NCBI GenBank assembly: GCA_965224485.1
Contig: CBDCZH010000023.1
Location: 32,001-96,000 of the forward strand
Length of the DNA stretch: 64,000 bases
Direction: 5' to 3'
Source: Arcobacteraceae bacterium
Lineage (GTDB): Bacteria > Campylobacterota > Campylobacteria > Campylobacterales > Arcobacteraceae
Under the pieces are notes generated by a model. The model was given only the letters and a program-made list of their open reading frames with translations, made no database searches and was not told where the DNA came from. The stretch's first letter is position 1; the number at the start of each line of letters is the position of its first letter. A program made the translations under genes and the position numbers. Below, in pieces: positions 41,426-51,076 of the stretch.

Positions 41426-42144
41426 ATTTTTAATTTCCTTTCTAAATGCGTTGCATATAATGAAATAGGATAAGAAATTATAAAATAAAATACCCCAACA
41501 CCTATTAATAATAATAATGCCTCTTGAGTTTTAGATATTAACTCTTCTGTAGTTTTTAAAATCTCTAAATAACCAATAACAGATACTAGAGCTGAATCTT
41601 TAATTACAGATAAAACAATACTAATCCATGAAGGAAAAACTGTTCTTAAACCCAAAGGAAAAACTATATATCTATAATCTTGCCAATAAGAAAGACCTAA
41701 AGACCTAGCCGCTCTTCTTGTTGTTTGAGGAACTGAATCAATACCAGCTCTTACAACTTCTGTTACAAATGCTGAGGTATATGAAGATAAAACAATAGCC
41801 CCTACCCAAAAAATAGAAATATCAATTTCTAAAATTCCCATAAATGAGTAAAATAGAATAAATTGTATAATTAAAGGAACTGAACGTAAAATATCTAAAA
41901 AACCACTAAGAAAAATATTAGTGATTGTTCCAGCATTTGCTTTAAAATAACCAAAAATAAGACCAAAAAATGTTCCTATTATTATAGATACTACTGAAAT
42001 ATAAATAGTTCGTACTAGTCCTTCTAATAAAAATTCTAAATCATAATATGTCAATGTAGAGTTTTTTATTGCAACAAAAGCACTATAAATAATATATAAA
42101 GATAACAGTGTATAAATTACATATTTAATTTGTTTATTACTCAT
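41422..42144 (-). CDS. Polar amino-acid ABC transporter permease
   Basis: RSVPLIIQ, EVVRAGI and KDSALVSVIG motifs. Confidence 0.92.
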   Translation of the reverse strand: MSNKQIKYVIYTLLSLYIIYSAFVAIKNSTLTYYDLEFLLEGLVRTIYISVVSIIIGTFFGLIFGYFKANAGTITNIFLSGFLDILRSVPLIIQFILFYSFMGILEIDISIFWVGAIVLSSYTSAFVTEVVRAGIDSVPQTTRRAARSLGLSYWQDYRYIVFPLGLRTVFPSWISIVLSVIKDSALVSVIGYLEILKTTEELISKTQEALLLLIGVGVFYFIISYPISLYATHLERKLKI

Positions 42145-42818
42145 ACTGTATCTCCTCTAAAAATTTTATAAGATAAAAGTTTTGAAGCTAATAGAACTAT
42201 TTTTGCAATAACAAAATACATTATTGCTGTAATTAAATAAAACTCGAATGTTCTAAAAGATAAAGACTGTAACTGATCTGTTTTACCAGTTAACTCTAAC
42301 ATTCCAACTAACGTTCCTAAAGAAGTCATCAAAATAGCCCAAATCATTTGATTTGTCATTGGATGATAAACTTTTCTTAAAACTTGAGGCAAAATAATAT
42401 ACCAATACGTTTGTAACTTAGTCATACCCAATGATCTTGAAGCAGACATTTGAGTACTTGGAATTGAAGCGAAACCACCTCTTAGTGTTTCAGCTAAATA
42501 TCCAGCATTATTAAAAGTCAAGGCTGCTAATACAGCGATATAAGGACTTAAATGAATACCAAAGGCTCCTAAACCAAAATAAGCCATATATATTTGAAAA
42601 AGCGCAGGAGTATTTCTAGCTAACTCAATCCAAACAACACTAGGAGTTCGTAATAATTCATTTTTTGAATCCTTACCTAAAGATAAAAACACAGCTATTA
42701 TTAAACCAAAAAACATAGAAATAAGTGCTACTTCTAAAGTAACAACGGCTGCACTTAACATTTGCGGAAAAACGTTCCATACTGTTATCCAGTGGAAGGT
42801 ATAATCAAAATCAAACAT
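42141..42818 (-). CDS. Polar amino-acid ABC transporter permease
   Basis: RNTPALFQ and AETLRGG...QMSASRSLG (EAA loop). Confidence 0.92.
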   Translation of the reverse strand: MFDFDYTFHWITVWNVFPQMLSAAVVTLEVALISMFFGLIIAVFLSLGKDSKNELLRTPSVVWIELARNTPALFQIYMAYFGLGAFGIHLSPYIAVLAALTFNNAGYLAETLRGGFASIPSTQMSASRSLGMTKLQTYWYIILPQVLRKVYHPMTNQMIWAILMTSLGTLVGMLELTGKTDQLQSLSFRTFEFYLITAIMYFVIAKIVLLASKLLSYKIFRGDTV

Positions 42819-42839
42819 AATTAATTCCTTATATTAATA

Positions 42840-42874
42840 TACAAATCTAGAGGCCTAGGCCTCTAAAATTTGTA
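42840..42874. repeat. Intergenic hairpin after the substrate-binding gene
   Basis: Perfect palindrome TAGAGGCCTAGGCCTCTA within an outer TACAAAT...ATTTGTA pair; typical position for an mRNA-stabilising stem. Confidence 0.6.
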
Positions 42875-42876
42875 AC

Positions 42877-43699
42877 TTAATAATATATTCCATCTACAGT
42901 TAGTTTTCTAACAGGAGAGTCACCATAAAACATCTTATTTAATTCTTTATATCTACCAGTTCTTACTTGTTGGTGAATAAATAAATTCATAAAATTAATC
43001 ATTCCATATTCTGTTCTTTTTACAATAATAGAAACAAAATCATCAAAACCTGGAACAAATGGTCCAGCTTCATAATCTTTATATTTGTCTAACTTTAATA
43101 ATTCAACAATAGTAGTATCAGTTGTAATTAAAGCATCAGCCTTCCCTTGAAGAAGAGCTAAGTGAGTATCACTCTCTTTTTTAGAAGAAAAATAATCAGA
43201 CTCATTCCATCCATTAGCTTTTAAATTCTTTAAAAACTCAGTTTCAGGAGTTGTACTAAGTGCTGCTGTTACTCTTTTTCCTTTTAAATCTTTAAACGTT
43301 TTAATTCCAGAGTCTTTTTTAACCATAGCTTGTAATTTAAATACAAAATAAGGCATAGTAAAACCTGCTGATTTAGCTCTTTCTAACGTATCAGAAGTTG
43401 AACCAATAACAACATCAACTTTACCTGCATTAAGAGCTGGAAGTCTTTGAGCAAAAGACATAGATTTAAGCTCTAATTTAACACCTAAAGATTTAGCTAA
43501 ATCTTTACAATATTCAACATCAAAACCTGCTGGTTTATTTTTTGCATCTCTATAACCCATAGGTGGAAAATCTAGAACAACTCCACATCTAATTGTACCT
43601 TTTGAAAGGATCTTATCTAACTTGTCTGCACTTGCGCTACTTGCTCCAAATGCTAAAACTGATACTGCTACAAACGCTAATTTTTTTCATTAATTTCAT
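42877..43699 (-). CDS. Polar amino-acid ABC substrate-binding protein, hydroxyproline candidate (apparent +1 frameshift in the A7 run at 43681-43687)
   Basis: Removing one A joins signal peptide MKLMKKLAFVAVS...ADKLD to VVLDFPPMGYRD...GSTSDTLERA. Confidence 0.85.
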
Positions 43700-43780
43700 T
43701 TTATTTCCTTGATTAATTTTATTTTCCCATTTTTTATATACAATTTTATTCGACACGTAAAATTAGAACCTCCTTTATTA

Positions 43781-45043
43781 TTATTTAGTAAATCTATATA
43801 AACTCATTTTTTTAATATCTTCATTAATATTTGTTTCACTTATTAAATCAGATACTATTTGTCCAGTTAAAGGCGCAAGAGAAACTCCCATCATCGCGTG
43901 CCCAGTTGCTATTGTTAAGTTCTTTATCTCTTTAGATTTTCCAACATAAGGAATACCATCAGGAGAACAAGGTCGTAAACCAGCCCACTGATCTAACATC
44001 TCATCTTCTTGTATATCTAAATTATTAATATATGAATTTGCTGCTTTTCGTATATTATTAATTCGTCTTTTATTAATTGATAAATCATTATCACCTAGCA
44101 TCATAGTTCCACCAAAACGAACCATATTTTCATAAGGTGTAATAGCTACTTTTTTCTCTGCTAATATCATTGGTGTAGAAAAATTTAAAGCCTCATTTTT
44201 ATTTTTTATAAAAGAGAAACCTTTTCCAGCTTGCATAAGTAAGTTAAGATTAAACTTTTTTGCAATTTTTGAGGTATAAATACCTGTGGTAAAAACAAAC
44301 TCCTCTGCTTCAAAAAGATTTAATTTATCATCTACTATTGAAGTTATTTTGTTATTTGTTATATTAATATCGTTAATATTGCAATTTTCAAAAAATTTAA
44401 CTTCATTTTTTTCTAAAAATTTTTTAATTGCCATCATAAAATCATAAGGGTTTATTTTTGAATCTTCTTTATAATACGAAGCCCCCTAAAACATCAAAAG
44501 AAGCTTTTGGTTCTAATAGTTTTAACTCATCTAGATTTAATATTCTTGCATCTAAACCAAGCTCTTTTGCTTTTTTTACTAAATTTTCTTCTTCTATAAG
44601 ACTTTTTTCTTCCTTACAAAGCATTAATAAACCACTTTGTTTTAAATCAAAATCAAAATCATCACATGCATATAATTCTTTATAAAGCTCTAAACTCTTT
44701 ACATTCATATCTCGTAAAAAATGCTTATATTTATCTCTACATGTTTAGTATTACAAAAACTATTAAATTTTATAATCCATTTAAATAAATCTAAATTTAA
44801 ACTTGGTTTTAGAAAAAAAGGCGAATTAGGATTAAACATCCATTTAATTCCTTTTTTTATAATTCCTGGATTAGAAAGTGTTTCAAAATGACTAGGAACT
44901 ATTAGACCAGCATTTCCATACGAGCAGCCCTTACCTATTTCATTTGTTTCATAAACACTTATTTTATAACCTTTTTTAAAAAGATAATAAGCAGAACACA
45001 TTCCACTTATTCCACCACCAATAATTGCAATATCTTTACTCAT
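43781..45043 (-). CDS. lhpB: D-amino acid (D-hydroxyproline) dehydrogenase, FAD-dependent (apparent frameshifts ~44484 and ~44735)
   Basis: IIGGGISG, SYGNAGL, WAGLRPCSPDG and ATGHAMMG across three fragments; adjacent to the epimerase. Confidence 0.75.
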
Positions 45044-45044
45044 A

Positions 45045-46050
45045 CTAAATCACCACAAAACCGTGAGCATAAGGGTCATCATCATCAATAATAATTGTAT
45101 TTAAACCAGTAATCTTTGCCCAACCTTCAATAGAAGGAATAATTCCATCATAAGAACCTACTTTTACTTCATCTTCAATACGTCCAATAAATTTAGAACC
45201 AATAAAACTCTCATGAATAAACTCATCACCTTTTTTCAATTTTTTTTGTGAGTACAGTTGTGCCATTCTTGCACTAGTTCCTGTTCCACAAGGTGATCTA
45301 TCTATTGCTTTTTCTCCATAAAAAACAGCATTTCTTGCACTTGAACTTTTATCAAGTACTTCTCCTGTCCATTCAATATGCGATAAGCCACATATAGTTT
45401 CATCTTGGGGGTGAACAAAAGTATAAAGCTCATTTAATTTAGCTCTTAAGCTTGAACTCATAGCTATTAATTCAGAAGCTTTAAAATGCTCAATTCCTTT
45501 AAAATTTTCCTGGGGATTTACAATTGCATAAAAATTTCCACCATAAGCTACATCAACTTTTAATTTTCCTAAAACAGATGACTCTACTTCTAAATCTTTA
45601 GAGTGTAAAAAAGAAGCAACATTAATAATTTTTACAGATTTAACTCTATTTTGTGAGTCTTTTTTATAAGTAGCAATTACTAAACCAGCTGGAGTTTCTA
45701 TTCTTAAAACACCTTCAACTTTTGGAGTAACAATCTCTTTTTCGATTAAAACTGTAACCGTTCCAATTGTTCCATGTCCACACATAGGTAAACACCCAGA
45801 AGTTTCAATAAATAAAATAGAGACATCAAAATCCAAACTTGAAGGCTGGTAAACTATTGTTCCACTCATCATATCATGACCCCGTGGTTCAAACATAAGA
45901 CCAGTTCTAATCCAATCAAATTCTTTTAAAAAGTGCTGTCTTTTTTTCTCTCATAGTATCACCTTTTAATAAAGGTGCTCCCCCACAAATAACACGAACA
46001 GGATTACCACAAGTATGAGCATCAACACAAAAAAATGTTTTACTAGACAT
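45045..46050 (-). CDS. lhpA: 4-hydroxyproline 2-epimerase (apparent +1 frameshift in the A7 run at 45941-45947)
   Basis: MSSKTFFCVDAHTCGNPVR start; PMCGHG plus DRSPCGTG, a Cys/Cys catalytic pair. Confidence 0.88.
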
Positions 46051-46060
46051 CTTAAACTCC

Positions 46061-46996
46061 TTAGTTAAATTTTTCTTTTACTAATCTAGCTGCTGCTAAA
46101 TCTTCTAAGCCATGACCTACTGATTTAAAAAGAGTAATAGAGTTTTCTGAAACTCTACCTTTGTGTAAACCTCTACATAATTTAAACAAGTCAGCTTTAA
46201 TATCAGCTTCATTTATAAGACCTTTATCTAAAGGAATTTTAATATCACCTGTTTCTTTTTTCGCCATATTTGTATCTATATAAATATCAACTAACTTAAT
46301 TAACGCATCATCAGCTTCTCTCATATCAGGCTTATAAGCCCCAATTAAATCAACATGCTGACCAGGCTTTAAATACTTTCCTAAAATCAAAGCAGTAGAA
46401 CTTAGTGTTGCACAAGAAATAATATCTACGTTTGATATTTCATCTTCTATGTTATTAATAGCAATTGCTTTAAAATCACCTTTTAACTTATCAACTATGT
46501 CTAAAGCTTTCTTTTTATCTCTACCCCAAATATAAACATCTTTTATAGGTCTAACACTAGCATGAGCACGAACTAATTGTTCACTTAAAGCCCCTGTTCC
46601 AACAACTAAAATAGAAGAAGAATCTTTTTTACTAAGATAAGAGCTAGCAAGTGCAGAAGCAGCTGCTGTTCTTTTAGCTGTTAAAGCTTTTCCATCCATT
46701 AAAGCATCAATAGATCCATTTTTAGCATTAAATAAAAGATACAAACCTTGAATTGCAGGTAAGTCATATTTTGCATTATTAGGGCTTACAGTTACTATTT
46801 TTACACCCAATGCTTCACTTTCACTCCAAGCTGGCATTAAAAGTAAAGTAGAATCAATACCTTCTGTTGGATTCTTATAATCATGATGATGTCGTGCTGG
46901 CACTTTTATATCTTTTATAAAAGCTTCCCTCAAAGCTTTTATTAAAGAGGGATAATCTAGTGCTTTATTTACTTCATCTTTTGAATAGAATTTCAT
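46061..46996 (-). CDS. lhpI: Ornithine cyclodeaminase/mu-crystallin family, probable Delta1-pyrroline-2-carboxylate reductase
   Basis: LLLMPAW, LTAKRTAAAS and FKSVGHGLED motifs; in an operon with the t3LHyp dehydratase. Confidence 0.78.
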   Translation of the reverse strand: MKFYSKDEVNKALDYPSLIKALREAFIKDIKVPARHHHDYKNPTEGIDSTLLLMPAWSESEALGVKIVTVSPNNAKYDLPAIQGLYLLFNAKNGSIDALMDGKALTAKRTAAASALASSYLSKKDSSSILVVGTGALSEQLVRAHASVRPIKDVYIWGRDKKKALDIVDKLKGDFKAIAINNIEDEISNVDIISCATLSSTALILGKYLKPGQHVDLIGAYKPDMREADDALIKLVDIYIDTNMAKKETGDIKIPLDKGLINEADIKADLFKLCRGLHKGRVSENSITLFKSVGHGLEDLAAARLVKEKFN

Positions 46997-48578
46997 AAAC
47001 TTTCTTTAGAATACTCATCGTTTACTAAACGTAAAATATTTAAAGGATTTTCATCTCTTAACTCAAGAGGAAGTAAAAACGATGGGCAATCTTGAAAACA
47101 AACTGGTCTTACAAATCTTTTAATAGCTCCTGTTCCAACTGAAGTAAATCTAGCATCAGTTGCAGCTGGAAAAGGACCACCATGTTGCATTGAAGCACAA
47201 ACTTCAACACCTGTTGGAACACCATTAAATAGTATTCTTCCACATTTATTCTCTAAGGCAAGAATTTGATTCTCAAAAGTTTTCATTTCATTTTCTTCAC
47301 CCATAACAGTTGCACTTAATTGTCCATCAAGACTAAAAATTACTTCATCTAATTGTTTAATATCATCACATTCAACTATTATTGAATAAGGTCCAAAAAC
47401 TTCTTCTTGTAGTTTTGGATTTTTAATAAAATCAAGAGCAGATACAGAAGTTACTACAGCTTTTCCTTGTGAAGCTAAATTATCTTCAAAGGCTTGGGCT
47501 ACTAGAGTAATTCCATGTTGTTTTAAAGCTTCGTCTTTATTACTCTCATAAGCTTCTTGAATACTTTTAGATAACATTTCAGAAGGTTTAACCTTAGAAA
47601 TTTCTTCAGCTAAATCTTTTTTAAATTCTTCAAAGTTTTTCATCTTTTAAAGCTATGATTAGTCCGGGGTTTGTACAAAATTGTCCAGAACCTAAAGTAA
47701 TAGAAAAAGAGTATGTCGCTGCTAATTTTTTAGTATCTTTTAAAGAAGATGGTAAAAATAAACAAGGATTAATACTTCCCATTTCTGCAAAAACAGGAAT
47801 TGGAGTTTTTCTACTATTTGCTAATTCAAAAAGTTTCATACCAGCATTTGTTGAACCTGTAAAACCAACAGCTTTTATTACTTCATCTAAAACAATTTGC
47901 TGTCCTACAGTTCTTCCACTTCCATGAACCATACAAAATGTACCAATCAGGCATATTTGTTTTTATAACTGCTTTTATAATAGCACTTGCTATTAATTCA
48001 GAAGTTCCACTATGAGAAGAGTGAGCTTTTACAATAACAGGACACCCAGCTGCTAGAGCTGAAGCTGTATCTCCACCTGCACAAGCAAATGCTAAAGGAA
48101 AATTACTTGCTTCAAAAACACTAACAACCCCAAGAGGTCTTAGCATTTTTCGCAAATCATTTCTAGGAAGTGGAGCTCTATTGGGAAGTGCTTCATCTAT
48201 GCTAGCTTCAACCCAAGAACCTTCTCTTAAAAGTTTTGAGAACATCTTGATTTGACCAATAGTTCGCCCTCTCTCCCCTTCAATTCTAGGTCGAGGAAGA
48301 TTTGACTCACTCATAGTTCTTACAATTAATTCATCACCTAAGTTCATGATTTCTTCTGCAATTGCATCTAAAAAATCAGCTCTTTGTATTTGAGAAGTTT
48401 GTTTATACATAATAAAAGCCCCATTAGCCTTATTCAATACTTCTTTAACTTCATCTTTTGTTGCGTGAAAGAATTCACCTTCTAAAGCAACATTACTGTT
48501 AATATCATATAATTTTGAACTTTTATCACCTTTTGCTGATAAAACATTTCCAATAAAGTTTTTACCGTGTATACTCAA
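46993..48578 (-). CDS. Alpha-ketoglutarate semialdehyde dehydrogenase (NADP+ ALDH; apparent frameshifts ~47638 and ~47945)
   Basis: TTG start with AAGGA RBS; ASNFPLAF, EMGSINP, GQFCTNPG, EEVFGP and NGVPTGVEV across three fragments. Confidence 0.85.
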
Positions 48579-48593
48579 TTTATATCCTTTTTT

Positions 48594-48647
48594 TATAATG
48601 CTGGTAGTTGTAACTGCTGGATAAACTCCAATAAATTTACATTTCAT
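48594..48647 (-). pseudogene. Deletion scar of a DapA-family Pyr4H2C deaminase (lhpC-like) gene
   Basis: MKCKFIGVYPAVTT (DapA-family N-terminus) joined out of frame to CCA GCA TTA TAA (PAL*). Confidence 0.65.
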
Positions 48648-48704
48648 ACTAAGCATTTTAGATTAATTTAATTTTTTTGTTTCTATCATACTATCAATAT
48701 ATAA

Positions 48705-48740
48705 GTAATATATCACGTGATATATCAAGTAGTATATCAC
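48705..48740. promoter_or_regulatory. Three tandem 12-bp operator-like repeats (consensus palindrome GTGATATATCAC)
   Basis: GTAATATATCAC GTGATATATCAA GTAGTATATCAC upstream of the hydroxyproline operon. Confidence 0.7.
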
Positions 48741-48778
48741 AGCTATTTTTGCTTTTTACTTAAAATGAACTTAAATTA

Positions 48779-48906
48779 AAAGCATATATATATGCTTTGA
48801 TTTACGTCTTTCTATGCTCAACAGTTGTAAGTGTCTTTAAAATAATACTTCAAACACCAAGTGTTGCACAATTATTTATAATGTACTAACATCTCTTATT
48901 ACTTTA
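48779..48906 (+). pseudogene. 5' remnant of an EamA transporter gene, homologous to 50153..51076
   Basis: Translates KAYIYALIYVFLCSTVVSVFKIILQTPSVAQL versus QAYIYALIAVFLWSSVASVFKITLAILSVAQL in the intact gene. Confidence 0.8.
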
Positions 48907-48993
48907 TATGTAATACTCACGAGTGCAAATACGAAGGCTGACACAAAAAGCCCAGTAAAAACACAGCTTTCTCTTTTTGAATATTTGTAAGGG

Positions 48994-49962
48994 TTAATCT
49001 AATAAACCCAAGGCTTCAACTCTTTGTTTTGCTAGAGTATATCTTGCTCGAACATCTTCTATTTGCTCTTTTGTTAATTTCACACCAAGAGTTCGAAGTC
49101 CTCCAACAGCATCATTATGATGAATTCCCATTGCAAACTTAAGGTATTCCATAAGCAGCGGCTGACCATCAAGATATGAAATAGAGTTCATAGCCTGAGA
49201 AACTTTAAAAGCCTCTGCCCATTCTCCTTTTAAAACATACTCCTGCATAGTAACACTAGCTTTTGGGAAGATAGTACCTACACCTGTAATACCACCGCAT
49301 GCTCCAGCAAGTCCAGCATATACAGTAACAGTATCAACACCTGCCAAGATTTTTAAATCTTTGTTCTGCAACATTAGTGTTTCAATAGTTGAAACATCAA
49401 TAGTTGATATTTTAAGAGCAACTACTTCAGGTAGCTTAGCTAGTTTTCTAAGAGTATCTATTGAGATCGCATGATATCCGGCTGCATCAGGGTTGTTGTA
49501 AGGCATAATTGTTACTCCTGCCTCTTTTGCAGCTGTTGCAGCAAGAGCATAGTACGCATACATATCTTCATTTGAAGGAAGATCTAACGTTTTTGGAGGC
49601 ATAACCATAACTGTATCTACACCAACCGTTGCTAGTCCTGCAATGATTTTAGCAATCTCTTCTTTAGTTTCTGCCACAGCTCCACTGATCAATGGAACAT
49701 TATATTTTTTAGCAACGCAAGAAAGGGATTTAAGTAGTGAGAGACGCTGTTCGCGACTTAGGTAACTATTCTCACCTAAAGTACCAGAAGCAACAAGTCC
49801 GCCCATTCTGCTTCCGCCCTTTCCTTCCGCTTTTAAAACATATTCAGCCTGTCTTCGTGTTTCATCAAAGTCAATTTCAATGGCACCGGATTCTGACTCT
49901 TTTAGCCATGTAAACACGGCGGGCATAACTGTATAAAGCCAATCTGTATTAGTTGTTTCCAT
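48994..49962 (-). CDS. DapA/DHDPS-family lyase, probable Pyr4H2C deaminase
   Basis: GTLGE, MPYNNP, Schiff-base ALKIS, AGVDT and GITGVG motifs; visibly higher GC than its neighbours. Confidence 0.8.
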   Translation of the reverse strand: METTNTDWLYTVMPAVFTWLKESESGAIEIDFDETRRQAEYVLKAEGKGGSRMGGLVASGTLGENSYLSREQRLSLLKSLSCVAKKYNVPLISGAVAETKEEIAKIIAGLATVGVDTVMVMPPKTLDLPSNEDMYAYYALAATAAKEAGVTIMPYNNPDAAGYHAISIDTLRKLAKLPEVVALKISTIDVSTIETLMLQNKDLKILAGVDTVTVYAGLAGACGGITGVGTIFPKASVTMQEYVLKGEWAEAFKVSQAMNSISYLDGQPLLMEYLKFAMGIHHNDAVGGLRTLGVKLTKEQIEDVRARYTLAKQRVEALGLLD

Positions 49963-49983
49963 TATCTTACCTTTTGTTTAAAA

Positions 49984-50012
49984 ATTAAATCAAATAAATT
50001 ATTTGATTTAAT
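49984..50012. repeat. Perfect 14-bp inverted repeat in the leader of the DapA-family gene
   Basis: ATTAAATCAAATAA-a-TTATTTGATTTAAT. Confidence 0.6.
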
Positions 50013-50064
50013 CCTTTTAACTTAGTTTAATTTTTTTGTTTGTATCATGGTTATTAATATATTC

Positions 50065-50099
50065 GTGATATATTAATTGATATATCAGCAGTATATCAC
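50065..50099. promoter_or_regulatory. Second copy of the tandem GATATATCA operator array
   Basis: GTGATATATTAA TTGATATATCAG CAGTATATCAC upstream of the DapA-family gene. Confidence 0.65.
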
Positions 50100-50152
50100 A
50101 TCTATTTTTATTTTAAACTTAAAAAAATCTTAAATTAAAGAAAAGAGTATCT

Positions 50153-51076
50153 ATGGAAAATTTTGATATTAAAAATCAAAAGCAAGCTTATATTTACGCA
50201 CTAATAGCCGTTTTCCTTTGGTCTAGTGTTGCAAGTGTTTTTAAAATCACACTTGCAATATTAAGTGTAGCCCAGCTTGTTTTATACTCTGTACTAACAT
50301 CTGTTATAGTATTATTAATTCTAGTACTTATTAAAAAACTGCATAAAGAAGTAATAAGTCATTTTAAAAAACACTTTAAACTTATACTTCTTTTAGGTAT
50401 TTTAAATCCTTTTTTACAATATATAATTTTATTTAAAGCTTATGACCTCTTACCAGTTCAAGAAGCCCAAACAATTAATTTTACTTGGGCTTTAATGCTT
50501 ACATATTTAAGTATTCCACTTTTAGGTCATAAAGCAAAGTTTACTGATTTACTTGCAGGTTTTATTTGTTATTTTGGAGTTTTAATTATTGCAACAAAAG
50601 GTCATCCCTTCTCTTTGGAGTTCTCAAACCTATATGGAGTATTTTTAGCCTTATTAACAACAGTTATTTGGTCTTTATATTGGATATTTAATACAAAACT
50701 AAAAGTTAAGCCAATAGTTGGGCTTTTTTGTAATTTTGTTATTGCTTTACCTTTTGTTTTAATATACTTTACATATGTAGAAGATTTTTCTCTTATTCCT
50801 TTAAAAGGTTTAGGTGGGGCCATTTACATTGGTTTATTTGAAATGAGTATTACTTTTATGTTTTGGTTACAAGCTATGAAACTAACTACTTCAACGGCAA
50901 AAATAGCAAACTTGATTTTTATAGCACCTTTTTTATCTTTAATATTTATATATTTTTTAGTAGGAGAAGAAATTTTATACTCAACGATTATTGGTTTAAT
51001 TCTTATAGTTATAGGTTTATTAGTACAACAAGCAAATACAATAAAACAAAAATTTAAAAAAAATAAAACTATTTAA
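50153..51076 (+). CDS. EamA/DMT family transporter
   Basis: About 10 TM segments; LLGILNPF, AQTINFTW and IGLFEM motifs. Confidence 0.88.
   Translation: MENFDIKNQKQAYIYALIAVFLWSSVASVFKITLAILSVAQLVLYSVLTSVIVLLILVLIKKLHKEVISHFKKHFKLILLLGILNPFLQYIILFKAYDLLPVQEAQTINFTWALMLTYLSIPLLGHKAKFTDLLAGFICYFGVLIIATKGHPFSLEFSNLYGVFLALLTTVIWSLYWIFNTKLKVKPIVGLFCNFVIALPFVLIYFTYVEDFSLIPLKGLGGAIYIGLFEMSITFMFWLQAMKLTTSTAKIANLIFIAPFLSLIFIYFLVGEEILYSTIIGLILIVIGLLVQQANTIKQKFKKNKTI

Noticed and set aside
43681..45947. Phase variation at homopolymer runs in Hyp genes
   Set aside because: Runs are short (A7, G5 or less), unlike the longer poly-G/C contingency tracts of Campylobacter; assembly error is more parsimonious
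32172..47927. Plus-strand ORFs 32172-32390, 35781-36020, 38336-38782, 40860-41060, 40969-41211, 44458-44685 and 47655-47927
   Set aside because: Antisense to putA, liv and hydroxyproline genes; no protein-family signal
47883..48656. ORF-track N-terminal extension MLSMKCKFIGVYPAVTT... of the ALDH as a real fusion protein
   Set aside because: The ALDH has its own AAGGA RBS and TTG at 48578; the extension is better explained as a deleted-gene scar that happens to be in frame
48705..48740. Tandem repeats as a CRISPR array or replication iterons
   Set aside because: Units are 12 bp with no spacers, there is no cas or rep gene, and the position fits transcription-factor operators
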